Shown here piece after piece: positions 47,416 through 56,696 of a stretch of DNA of 64,000 nucleotides. Below the pieces are notes generated by a model. The model was given only the letters and a program-made list of their open reading frames with translations. It did no database searches and was not told the DNA's origin. The DNA lies in contig DASXUQ010000009.1 in assembly GCA_036504735.1 (NCBI GenBank), forward strand, positions 103,204-167,203, written 5' to 3'. Position numbers and translations under genes: made by a program. The DNA comes from a bacterium. GTDB lineage: Bacteria; Electryoneota; RPQS01. How positions within the stretch are numbered: position 1 is the first letter of the stretch; each line of letters opens with the position of its first letter.

Positions 47416-48645
47416 CTATCTCTTTTGCGGCTGTGGCGTAATATGTGGCAAATTCGTCTCGACAGATCGATACGGCACGCCTGCAATCGTGTTCAATATG
47501 GCCCTGAAGATCACTTTGGCAGCACGGGGCGGCACAGCCATTCCGACTTGTCTTCTGACACTGTCCTTCTTGCCTTCAAATACAAACTTGTCAGTAAAAG
47601 TCTGTAATCGCGCTTTCTCGCGATTGGTGAGGGCCCTATTCTCTTTCCAGTGGTACACATGGGTTCCGCCGCCACCACTTCCGGTAACCGTATATGAGGG
47701 GAGTCTAGAGTCTAACCTTCGGTAGATCTGGCTGATCCACGCGCCCTTAACATGAAGTTTCAGGTGACGAGGCAAATTCGCGTTCCATGCATTCTCCCCT
47801 GGCTTGATGTGACTAAGCCGATCAATCACAGTCTGTGATTGAATTGTACGTTCGTGGTTCGGCGTGTCCGGTTTGATTGGGTATTTTTCAAGGGCGTGCT
47901 TGCACGAAACATGTTTGTGATGAGTCGGGGCCGGAATTTTGAATGTATGCTTTAGATCAGATCTCACACCGACAATAATGATACGATGACGCGCCTGTGG
48001 CACGCCGTAGTCTTCAAAATGGTACAGGTGGGGGACAAGTTTGTAGCCTGCAGCAGCAAACTCTTTGAACACCGCCGATAAACCGTCGCCGTTGGACAGT
48101 AGCTTGAGGCCATGCACATTTTCAGCGACAAAGAACATGGGACGAAAGTACTTGAGTGCGCGAGCAGCATGCTTATAGAGAGAGCCGTAATTGCCTTTCA
48201 GGCCGCGTTGCTCACCCAGAGTGCTGAAGTCATTGCAGGGAAAGCCAAACGCAAGGATGTCCACGCTGCGTAGCTGAGTGAACTTCAGTTTCCGAACATC
48301 GCTGTGATACACGCTATCAGGGTCTTCGGGGCAAATATTCCTGCGATAAGTCTTGCAGGCATCGAGATCAATATCGCTCGCCCATGTATGTTCTATTCTA
48401 TACGTCCTACCGTGGGCGCTATGTGCCTTGACTTGGGTCGCCCCGCAGGCCATGCCACCCGGGCCGCAGAATAGTTCGCCGTACGTCAGGACTCGATCAG
48501 TCTTGGTTGTCATCATGCTAATGAGGTGATTACTGCGTTGGTAAGTGATCAATGCTCTTCGAACTATGTAGTCCACAAAACCCGTTAATTTCGGCCCGGG
48601 GTTTCCGTTCCAGTGATCTGACGGAACGCTGTATAAGAGGGGCAT
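47416..48645 (-). CDS. dcm: DNA (cytosine-5)-methyltransferase
   Basis: 409 aa. Motif I FCGPGG, motif IV GFPCNDFS, motif VI ENV, motif VIII QARHRIIIVG. Confidence 0.85.
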   Translation of the reverse strand: MPLLYSVPSDHWNGNPGPKLTGFVDYIVRRALITYQRSNHLISMMTTKTDRVLTYGELFCGPGGMACGATQVKAHSAHGRTYRIEHTWASDIDLDACKTYRRNICPEDPDSVYHSDVRKLKFTQLRSVDILAFGFPCNDFSTLGEQRGLKGNYGSLYKHAARALKYFRPMFFVAENVHGLKLLSNGDGLSAVFKEFAAAGYKLVPHLYHFEDYGVPQARHRIIIVGVRSDLKHTFKIPAPTHHKHVSCKHALEKYPIKPDTPNHERTIQSQTVIDRLSHIKPGENAWNANLPRHLKLHVKGAWISQIYRRLDSRLPSYTVTGSGGGGTHVYHWKENRALTNREKARLQTFTDKFVFEGKKDSVRRQVGMAVPPRAAKVIFRAILNTIAGVPYRSVETNLPHITPQPQKR

Positions 48646-48945
48646 AGATCGTCCCGATTAATTAACGAATTAATAGTGACATAGTCAAGTGTAGATCACC
48701 GCGATTCGTGTTTGAAATATTGATGAAACAATCTCTTACAGATTAACCTCGCAATCTGGTACAGCTTCACCAGAGGTAGCTAAGTGATTCCCAATCGAAC
48801 CCGTCATCAAATTCTCTTCAAATTGTCACTCTTGACCAGCCGCGATACTTCCGCATAACGTATAACCGATGACGCATCAGAATGTCATTTCGATGCGCCG
48901 GTACGGGCGATCCCCAGCGGAAATGGCCTATAGTGCCGCAATAGG

Positions 48946-49650
48946 ATGGCCCGATCCGCAATCTATGTGGTTGATTATACACTGCTTATGACGCAAATTG
49001 GTTCGGTTGGCGCGCCCGGCTTCCGGAAATTCTGCCATATCAATGGCTTAGAGGGAGGCATTCTGGGGCATTTAGGGTGGACTTACGCCTTCGTCCCAGC
49101 GATCCCCGCTTACAGCCCAGAAAATGAGACATTCGTCCTACGTTGCGGCCAAATAAGAGAGACATTCTGGCATAAGAGGCAGAAAGCAATCTCAATCCTC
49201 TGGCCAAAGGAAAACCCCATGGAAGACGAACAGAACGAAGTCAGCGACGTGAACTATGAGATCGTGAAGGATGCCAACATCGAGCGGTTCTTCAACTACG
49301 AGTTACAGCAGGACGAAGACGGGTTCTGGTACGACGATAATGAGAACCTGATGGGTGCGGTCGTTCATTTCGAGTCGTACCCGACCCACGACACGCTGAC
49401 CGCCACTTTCGACGACCTCCTCGTGAAGGCCGTCATGCAGACCTGCGATGTTGAGGAAGATGAGGCCCACGAGATGATCGATGACTGTGACGACGAGGAT
49501 GATTTCCCGGACGAGTTCGACATCTCGAACACGTTCAGTCTCCTGTTCACGGTCGAAGGACATCGTGGGCTCTATCGAACCCTCCTCGACTCGAACGACT
49601 ATTGGACCGGCCATAGTACAGGTCGGCGCGATGATCGCTGGGATATCTAA
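48946..49650 (+). CDS. Hypothetical highly acidic protein (possible internal start at the MEDEQNEV methionine)
   Basis: 234 aa ORF with a C-terminal polyacidic region (EEDEAHEMIDDCDDEDDFPDEFD). Followed by a terminator. Confidence 0.4.
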   Translation: MARSAIYVVDYTLLMTQIGSVGAPGFRKFCHINGLEGGILGHLGWTYAFVPAIPAYSPENETFVLRCGQIRETFWHKRQKAISILWPKENPMEDEQNEVSDVNYEIVKDANIERFFNYELQQDEDGFWYDDNENLMGAVVHFESYPTHDTLTATFDDLLVKAVMQTCDVEEDEAHEMIDDCDDEDDFPDEFDISNTFSLLFTVEGHRGLYRTLLDSNDYWTGHSTGRRDDRWDI

Positions 49651-49677
49651 TCACAGATGATTTCGACGTCAATGCAA

Positions 49678-49706
49678 ATCGGGGTAGGCGGCACCCCGAT
49701 TTCTTT
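49678..49706 (+). terminator. Rho-independent terminator (ATCGGGGT-aggcggc-ACCCCGAT + TTCTTT)
   Basis: 8-bp perfect stem and a T-rich tail 28 nt after the stop. Confidence 0.6.
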
Positions 49707-49807
49707 AGCTGGTACAAGCCCACGACCATCGAAATGAAATCCTGATATGGCCCGGAGATCAGATTCCGAATCATACCCATCCGCGAAAATATTTTTCATT
49801 TACCCCC

Positions 49808-49836
49808 TTGACATTTTCTGCAAAAGTGTGTATATT
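49808..49836 (+). promoter_or_regulatory. Near-consensus sigma70 promoter TTGACA-17 nt-TATATT
   Basis: TTGACA at 49808-49813, 17-nt spacer, TATATT at 49831-49836. Followed by direct repeats ATGAAATAGAaTTCCC (49873, 49929) and palindromes. Confidence 0.5.
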
Positions 49837-50177
49837 TGTATATCGGGGAATGATTCTATCGTTACTTCCGATCCCATATATGAAATAGAATTCCCTTTCG
49901 GAATTCACCAATTACGACCGACGCAAAGATGAAATAGATTCCCTACGGGCGAATGCCCGTTTGGGAACGTATCTTCTTTTGTCGGTTTTTTGTTGCCGAC
50001 AAAATTCACCGTAATAGTTTCGCGGGAACGGTGCCCGCTGCCAAGATATAGAATGAAAATGGCCCCAGTTTCGGGGAAGAAAATACGATGTAGAAAGCTA
50101 TTTCGCTATCGAATTTTGTCCCCAAGCCAGGTCGCCGACTTGGCTTTTTGTTAATCAAAAATAGGAAAGGATCGACA

Positions 50178-50627
50178 ATGAGGAAGTACTTGAAGCGAGA
50201 AGCCCTAACCAATGCCCAGGTTATTCTCGTGAAGCAACGCGCAGCAGACATTTGGTCAGAAATTGCAGGTAAGGGTGACACGTGCTATAGCTATGGCGGC
50301 GACTACCATTTCTGGTGGGACGGGCTTCCCCATGGCCATCCGCTGATGAACACTGTTCGCGGTGGCTTAGTGAATCTGGATGACGACGAGGATGCTTGGT
50401 TATCTCTAAGCTACTTCGGGTATCTGAAAGCAGACGAACGAACATATTGGAAAGTCATCGCTAAAGAATTCCAGGATATCGCGCAATCACATTGCTACCC
50501 AATACCAAACGATCCGCGCTTGGATATAGGGCTGCTGCACTGTCGGAGCAAGCATATGAAACACATTACTGCGATGAACTACACATGGGAATGGTTACAC
50601 GACACTCACACGACAATGACAATCTGA
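50178..50627 (+). CDS. Hypothetical protein (149 aa)
   Basis: ORF with a strong RBS (AGGAAAGGAtcgacaATG). Confidence 0.45.
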   Translation: MRKYLKREALTNAQVILVKQRAADIWSEIAGKGDTCYSYGGDYHFWWDGLPHGHPLMNTVRGGLVNLDDDEDAWLSLSYFGYLKADERTYWKVIAKEFQDIAQSHCYPIPNDPRLDIGLLHCRSKHMKHITAMNYTWEWLHDTHTTMTI

Positions 50628-50639
50628 AAGGAAACTAAG

Positions 50640-50936
50640 ATGACGACTACAAAGACGAAAGACTTCGGACTGGCTGCTATGCTGGTCGCGAAGAACACAA
50701 AGATGACCGGCTATACAACCGATGAATTAGGAAATCTGTGGTTTGAGTTTGCCACAGATGAGAACGTTGCGGCACTGGAAGAAGGCTTTTACCGCAACAC
50801 CGTGGATGTTCGCATCCAAGATTTTCTGGCAGCACAAAAGATGCTGAAAGCCTTGATCTTTGAAACTAAGAGAAATATGTATGAAAATAGAATCAGAAGA
50901 TTTAACCCAACCAACACTAACACAATTGCCGTCTAA
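50640..50936 (+). CDS. Hypothetical protein (98 aa)
   Basis: ORF starting 13 nt after the previous stop, with RBS GGAAACTAAGATG. Confidence 0.4.
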   Translation: MTTTKTKDFGLAAMLVAKNTKMTGYTTDELGNLWFEFATDENVAALEEGFYRNTVDVRIQDFLAAQKMLKALIFETKRNMYENRIRRFNPTNTNTIAV

Positions 50937-53466
50937 GAACGGCACTCGTCCAGAAAGCTCAGTCCGCGAAAACGGATTCACCATTTCGCTGTCAATTTCG
51001 AAGGACAAGATTCGCACGAAGGCACAGGGAGAAACAGTCACCGAGTACATCGAGTGCGATCTGTTATCAAGCGACAAGGAAGACATTCAGGAACTCTTCA
51101 CAACAAGAAACTACTCTACCAACGTTTGGGATGGCCCAAGGCATGGCGTAAACTACGTAGGCATGACCGGCGTATCGCTGGATTTTGACAGCGGCATGAC
51201 TATTGAAGAAGCAAAAGCAGCATTTGCTGACTACAACTACGTTCTTCATACCAGTACTTCCCATCAAGTGGACAAAGATGGATTTGTCGCGGACAGATTT
51301 CGCGTGATTTTGCCTTTCATGCCTAACGGTCTGCGCTTCACGACGCAGGCTGACTGCAAGAGAGTCTATCAGAAGCTGCTTACAAAGTATCCGCAAATGG
51401 ATGCCGCGTGCACCGACGCGGGAAGACAGTTCTTTCCTTTCTGTGATGACAAGGGCGCCAAGTTCGAGCTTTACACAAATGACACCGGTTGTTACTTCGA
51501 TGTGGACATCAGCGATATGCCGGATGTCTTCGTACCAGAAGCTTTTGAAGAACGGGAATGGGACGGACATCTTCGGCCACGAAACGAGCTTGAACGCATT
51601 CTGAAGTTCTGCCCTTTCGTGAAGTGGATGGACCACCATATTGGCAATCCAAAGACAGAGATGCATGAACCACTAAGATTTGCGTTGATTTCGAATCTAT
51701 GCTGGTATGAAGGCGGGCGCGAGGAGATTCATCGCATCCTCAGCCGTGATTGTAGGCCGGGGAAGTACTATCCAGGTTTGGTGGATGAGAAGATCGACCG
51801 AATTCTCGAAGCCTACAATCCCCAGACTTACGAATTGATTGTAAGGTTGGGATGGCCGGGACCGGCGCTATGCAAACCACTATCGCCTTCCGGATGGGGG
51901 CGGGTAGGCACGAAGGCCGCACGGGAATTCGTGCAGATTGACTGGGATGACAACGTGATAGTGGACTTGAACGGTGCGTGGGTCGTTGTTGGTCTGGAAG
52001 ATCTGAAGGCAGACCTACTACCTGTGAACAAGAAGATGGCGGCGATCTGCCCCGTCTGTGGGGCCGAAGCTGTAGTGAAGCTCGACACGTTCCACTTTGC
52101 GAACATATGGTGCGAACAATGCCAGAAGGCATTCTATGAAGCCGCGCTTTCGCCTGGGATGTTCACTTACAAGAACAAACTCCTACGAGTAGAACGACGC
52201 GCCGGTCAGTTCATCAGCATGGAAGTCCTGGAGGAAGAATCTTTCCGTACAGGAGATGAATTCAAGTTCGCTAAGAAGAAGCTTCTGACGGATCCAAACA
52301 GAAGATTTCTGGATGATGGCTTTCAGATCCGAAGAATCGGAAGCGCGGACTTCGGGAAGCTGGTGTATGAATTCCGCATGCAGGAAAACGCATTACTGTT
52401 CAAATACCCAGCCATTCCGGTCAGAATCAAAGACAACGCCTTCATCAACAACTTTCTTGACCCGATGTTCGGCCAGTATGTAGACTTCATCAAGGACTGG
52501 ATGGCGGTGTTCTGCTACACAAACTATCAGACCCTTCCGGTGATCGTACTTACCAGCGAACGCAGTTGCGGAAAGGGCACTTTTGCTAACATGCTATCGG
52601 CGATCTTTCCGACATTGGTCGGACAGTGGGACGGTGTGAAAGAGTCATTCAACGATCAGTACAAGAACAAGCTGCTGTTCGTGGACGAAAACCCGAACGC
52701 CGAGAAACCTATGCAGTACACGGAAATCAAGAAGATCACGGGCAACCGCCTGCTGCGTATAAACGAGAAGTATACACCGGCCTATTATGCCCCCAATAAC
52801 ATCAATATTATTATTGCAACTAATGATCCACGGCCCATGTTCTTGAAGGCCAGGGAAGAACCGAAATCTGAAAACACTAACAACTTCTTTATTCACCGCG
52901 TGCCGGATGTTAATCCGGACAGGATTGACAAGACCCTGGGCAACAAATTGGAGGACCGAATCGGCTACTATGTCCGAACCGAACTGAAGGAGCGTTACCA
53001 GAGGCTCCTGGCGGAAGGCAATACGAATAACCGTTACACTCTGGCAGCACCAATCACTCCGCTTGCACGTGATCTGTTCGCTTCAAGCAAATCAACGGTT
53101 GAAATCGAAGCAGATGAACTTGCGCGCTATCTTGTGTGCGGCGTGGAAATGCCAGATCCCTATGGAGACGGTTATTCTTCGAAGATCAAGTTCACGGCAA
53201 CCGAGTACAACGGCGCCAAGTACGTGCAGCTTGCAGAGATCAGACTGCTGATCTCCCGGCTACGCTTCAAGGGAAGCTCGAATCCGAAGGCATACATCAG
53301 TGTTCTGCAGGATTTGGGCGTGCTATCATTTGACGCATCGGCACGCAGCAACGTACGACATCTTGGCTACAAGATTCTGCGTGATCAAAAGTACTATGAT
53401 CCACAGCAGCCTTCAATCACCGGCACGCCAGGCGTCAGCAGCAATGGAAATGTGGTTTTCGGGTGA
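50860..53466 (+). CDS. Bifunctional primase-polymerase / P4-type (SF3, D5-like) replicative helicase; N-terminal start uncertain
   Basis: 868 aa. C-terminal P4-family NTPase motifs (Walker A SERSCGKGTF, Walker B LLFVDEN). N-terminal prim-pol-like region. Confidence 0.7.
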   Translation: MKLREICMKIESEDLTQPTLTQLPSKNGTRPESSVRENGFTISLSISKDKIRTKAQGETVTEYIECDLLSSDKEDIQELFTTRNYSTNVWDGPRHGVNYVGMTGVSLDFDSGMTIEEAKAAFADYNYVLHTSTSHQVDKDGFVADRFRVILPFMPNGLRFTTQADCKRVYQKLLTKYPQMDAACTDAGRQFFPFCDDKGAKFELYTNDTGCYFDVDISDMPDVFVPEAFEEREWDGHLRPRNELERILKFCPFVKWMDHHIGNPKTEMHEPLRFALISNLCWYEGGREEIHRILSRDCRPGKYYPGLVDEKIDRILEAYNPQTYELIVRLGWPGPALCKPLSPSGWGRVGTKAAREFVQIDWDDNVIVDLNGAWVVVGLEDLKADLLPVNKKMAAICPVCGAEAVVKLDTFHFANIWCEQCQKAFYEAALSPGMFTYKNKLLRVERRAGQFISMEVLEEESFRTGDEFKFAKKKLLTDPNRRFLDDGFQIRRIGSADFGKLVYEFRMQENALLFKYPAIPVRIKDNAFINNFLDPMFGQYVDFIKDWMAVFCYTNYQTLPVIVLTSERSCGKGTFANMLSAIFPTLVGQWDGVKESFNDQYKNKLLFVDENPNAEKPMQYTEIKKITGNRLLRINEKYTPAYYAPNNINIIIATNDPRPMFLKAREEPKSENTNNFFIHRVPDVNPDRIDKTLGNKLEDRIGYYVRTELKERYQRLLAEGNTNNRYTLAAPITPLARDLFASSKSTVEIEADELARYLVCGVEMPDPYGDGYSSKIKFTATEYNGAKYVQLAEIRLLISRLRFKGSSNPKAYISVLQDLGVLSFDASARSNVRHLGYKILRDQKYYDPQQPSITGTPGVSSNGNVVFG

Positions 53467-53920
53467 GAGAAGTGATAGAAGTAGTAATAGTAGTAGTGGA
53501 AACATCACCCCTTCGGGGTGAGCAATAACAACAACTTAGAAAACCAAAGTGATGAAAGTGATGGAAGTGATACTGATTTTCGAAAGAGTTTTCCAGGATT
53601 TTGCTTAGCACGACCAGCGGGTTACCATAGAAAGACTTTTCGAAATCCTTCTCACTTTCATCACTACTATCACCAGTACTTCAAAGACAATATTCTTAAG
53701 GGGCCGAAAGGCCCTTTATCTTTGAGACCCGAAAATCACTTCTTGCTTCGGTGATAACTGTGGACAAGAAGAAAAAGTAGTATTAGTGGTGTTATTGGCC
53801 CTTCGGGCCGAATTCATCCGGAAAAACGAACCGATCCTGAATTTCGATTCCCGCTTTTCGATTCCCGAAAACGGGCCGTCGCTACTTCTACTACTATTAC
53901 TACTACTTCTTTTCTTGATA
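53467..53920. other. Highly structured iteron-rich non-coding region immediately downstream of the primase-helicase gene (candidate origin of replication and/or structured ncRNA)
   Basis: About 20-nt inverted repeat arms at 53488-53508 and 53885-53906. A nested inverted repeat at about 53550-53590 and 53636-53680. Tandem GTGAT(G/A)GAA and AGTAGTA units. Three tetraloop hairpins (CCCC-ttcg-GGGG, GGGCC-gaaa-GGCCC, GGCCC-ttcg-GGGCC). Duplicated TTTCGATTCCCG. Confidence 0.5.
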
Positions 53921-54416
53921 GGAATTCTGGACTAAGACGCTTTCAAGTCCAGATCGAAGCTGGGGGGGGCAGCACGATGCGTACGGGTGAGCTGATTGCT
54001 CCGCATAGTATCAAATGTTATGCGTTGACAGACCCCGCAACAACGATTCAACATTCGATCTACGGAGATCGCTTCACTTCCCGATGCTCTTTGAGTCGAG
54101 AATCTGAGCGGAGGTTCGACATACCCCCCACCACTCAACAAAGCATGCTTACCACAAAGTACTGTAGTGGAGATAATTGTGTTCGCATCTCCTAACAACG
54201 GGCGGCTCGCGATTCTGCGACGCCCACCAAGAGGAAACGGCAATTGACCTGGGAAAAGCCCCCGTCCAAAATTTTTTTGGGATTTTTTGAAAGTTGACCA
54301 TTAGGGCTCGCATTCACTCCCTGATCGGGATCTGCTGGGCTGTTGCATATGGTAAAGAAGAAGCCGATGATTGTTCACCGGCTTCATTCTACTATGCGTG
54401 TCGCGAGTTGATGCTG

Positions 54417-56696
54417 CTATTCACGCTGTCCTGCTGAGCCGTGCTGTTGCAGCGCAGATCCCGCTTCGACATCCGCTGTCACCTGATAGAAATACGCTGG
54501 CTGAGTATTCAGGATGAAGGCGTGCACGTACGAGTTGGTTGTAGCGTATCCGAAGGGCACAAACGGACCGGAGGCCGTCATCGAGCCATAAATCACGTAG
54601 ATTACGTTTTCGACCGGCTGTCCGCTGATCGAGTGGGTAACAGGCGCCCAATCCAGTCTAATTCCGTTCGTAGGGCCTTTCTGAACAACCAGGCTGTCGA
54701 CTGAAGGCAAAATCACCTGGGCCTCGCCAAACAGCGGAATGCGAATGATGCTATCTATTTGCTGAGTGGCCATTATCACAATCGTATCTGGGAAACTGCC
54801 TGCACGCGTTGGAGTAAACGTCACGGGCAACTGATGCCCTGAATACGGCGCGACTACACCGTCGAAACCGTTGGTGCCAACAGTAAAGGCAGTCGAGGCG
54901 CAGCTCACTCCGGTGACTGGGATTGCCTGTGCTGTCGGATTGAACATCGTCAGTTGCATGGTTGAGTCAACGCCCAGGTCAATAAGCCCGAAATTGAGCG
55001 CGACGGGACTGACCATCAATGTGGTATGGATGAAGGGAACAGCCCCCATATCAGCCCGAGTTGAATCCGGACCACGTGGAGAATTCGGATCTCCGGTATC
55101 AATGCAAGGAGAGGCTGACTGCAAGTGGAAGTTGCCGTTTACTGGATCAATCAGCAACGGATCAGCATCGATGTTCCCAAGGCCTTGGTAGTTTCCGGCG
55201 ACATCCGACCATGACACGGTTACCGCCGAATTCCAGAGGTGGATTTCTGGGGAAGTACTGGCTTGGTTATTCCACAGAATGCAGTTACGAAGCTCAGCAC
55301 TGCTGTTGCCAGTCAGGCAAAGCGCGCCTCCTTCCGCGCTCGTGAGGTTCTCGCTGAAGGTACAGTTGACAAACAGCCCACCACAGCCCTCTTCAAACTG
55401 TGCTCCCGCTCCACACCAAACCGAGCTATTACCGGCTATCACGCAGTGATCAAACGTTGGAACTGCGTACAGATAATCGTGCACGCCGCCGCCATATCCA
55501 TAAGTTGCTGCGTTGTTCAGAATCCGGCAGCGCTGAAAGAGCGGCATCGAATACAAACGACAAATAATTCCGCCGCCGAAAGCCGCCGAATTACCGAAGA
55601 TATCGCAGTCACGAATGGTCGGAGAGGAGTGATCGATGCACACAATTCCACCGCCATCACTGTCGGCCACGTTGTTCCGGATGCTCGAGTACTCGATTAA
55701 TGGAGAACACTGCGATAAGAGGATGCCTCCGGCGCTGTTGTCATTATCTCCTCCGCTTGCATGACCATTCTCGACCACGCAGTAGGCCAGATGCCCATCA
55801 GCGCTCGTACCCTGAAAGCGAATTCCCCACCACTTCAATTCTTCAGCCGGATAAGCTCGCGTGAACACAATCGAGTCCTGCTCCGTTCCAGTCGCCTGGA
55901 GGTTGCCGTACACATTGAATTTGTAGTGCCCGGTAAACAACACACGTACGCCGGGTCTGATTTCAAGAGTCTGACCCAAGGGCACGGTTATCTCACACGT
56001 AACATAGTATGGCGATCCTGTCGAGTCCCAGACGCCGGAAACATCACCGCATACATTGGTGCCTTGAAGGGGATCAACGCGAAAGTAGTCGAAGTCTGCG
56101 GGAATATTCGGGCCATCTGGTGGCCAATTGTAAGCATCGAAGCCATACTTTATCGGTGCCTCTGAGCCTGAAGTTCTATGCCATGTGGCCATATAGGTCC
56201 ACGCGAGAGAGTCGGGAGATGCAAACGCTGAATAGGCGGTGCCCCGTTTTTCGATTCGAAGGAAACAAGGATTCCACGATTGCCCTATTGCAGCGGTTTC
56301 GAGTTGCCCGTCAGTCCAGAAGTGAGTTCGAATTCCTCCATCCGGTTGACGCACAACATTGATATTGTCCGTGCCATTGAACCACACATAGAGACCGGCT
56401 CCACCGTATGCCCCAGTCTCTATCTCAAGTTTCGTCTCAATTCTGAAGCAACTATCCGTGATCACCCGTTGCAAATAATTCTCACCGCCGACATTGCTGG
56501 TCCACATCCTTAGCCACCATGGCCTTTCTGTCAGACTCCACCCGCTCGTGTCTTCATTGATCCAAGTCCAACAGGAATCCAGCGACGGGGAATCAAAATT
56601 CTCGGCAAACGGAAGCGAAGCAGGTGAGCAGATCTGGGCAAAGCAGATTACGGTCGCCGTCAGTAACGCTGAAGAAAGTACTATCAGGCTTCTCAT
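54417..56696 (-). CDS. Secreted right-handed beta-helix (pectin-lyase-fold) repeat protein
   Basis: 759 aa with a signal peptide. Repeated GG..NS/GN.A.. beta-helix turns (NSAAFGGGIIC, NAATYGYGGGV, NSSVWCGAGA). Confidence 0.6.
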   Translation of the reverse strand: MRSLIVLSSALLTATVICFAQICSPASLPFAENFDSPSLDSCWTWINEDTSGWSLTERPWWLRMWTSNVGGENYLQRVITDSCFRIETKLEIETGAYGGAGLYVWFNGTDNINVVRQPDGGIRTHFWTDGQLETAAIGQSWNPCFLRIEKRGTAYSAFASPDSLAWTYMATWHRTSGSEAPIKYGFDAYNWPPDGPNIPADFDYFRVDPLQGTNVCGDVSGVWDSTGSPYYVTCEITVPLGQTLEIRPGVRVLFTGHYKFNVYGNLQATGTEQDSIVFTRAYPAEELKWWGIRFQGTSADGHLAYCVVENGHASGGDNDNSAGGILLSQCSPLIEYSSIRNNVADSDGGGIVCIDHSSPTIRDCDIFGNSAAFGGGIICRLYSMPLFQRCRILNNAATYGYGGGVHDYLYAVPTFDHCVIAGNSSVWCGAGAQFEEGCGGLFVNCTFSENLTSAEGGALCLTGNSSAELRNCILWNNQASTSPEIHLWNSAVTVSWSDVAGNYQGLGNIDADPLLIDPVNGNFHLQSASPCIDTGDPNSPRGPDSTRADMGAVPFIHTTLMVSPVALNFGLIDLGVDSTMQLTMFNPTAQAIPVTGVSCASTAFTVGTNGFDGVVAPYSGHQLPVTFTPTRAGSFPDTIVIMATQQIDSIIRIPLFGEAQVILPSVDSLVVQKGPTNGIRLDWAPVTHSISGQPVENVIYVIYGSMTASGPFVPFGYATTNSYVHAFILNTQPAYFYQVTADVEAGSALQQHGSAGQRE

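Noticed and set aside
53518-53754. 78-aa ORF (MSNNNNLENQSDESD...) and the neighbouring 53300-53521 ORF
   Set aside because: It lies within the inverted-repeat and tetraloop-rich region, with low-complexity composition and no RBS. It is interpreted as non-coding.
53840-53875. Duplicated TTTCGATTCCCG resembling a tRNA T-arm (GGTTCGATTCC), considered as a tRNA or tRNA-fragment att site
   Set aside because: No acceptor stem, D-arm or anticodon arm can be drawn. The first G of GTTCGA is missing. It is more likely part of the structured repeat region.
53962-53969. G8 homopolymer tract as a possible phase-variation switch
   Set aside because: It is intergenic, past the 3' end of the primase gene, with no promoter or coding sequence to shift. 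Only worth revisiting if a small gene is found there.
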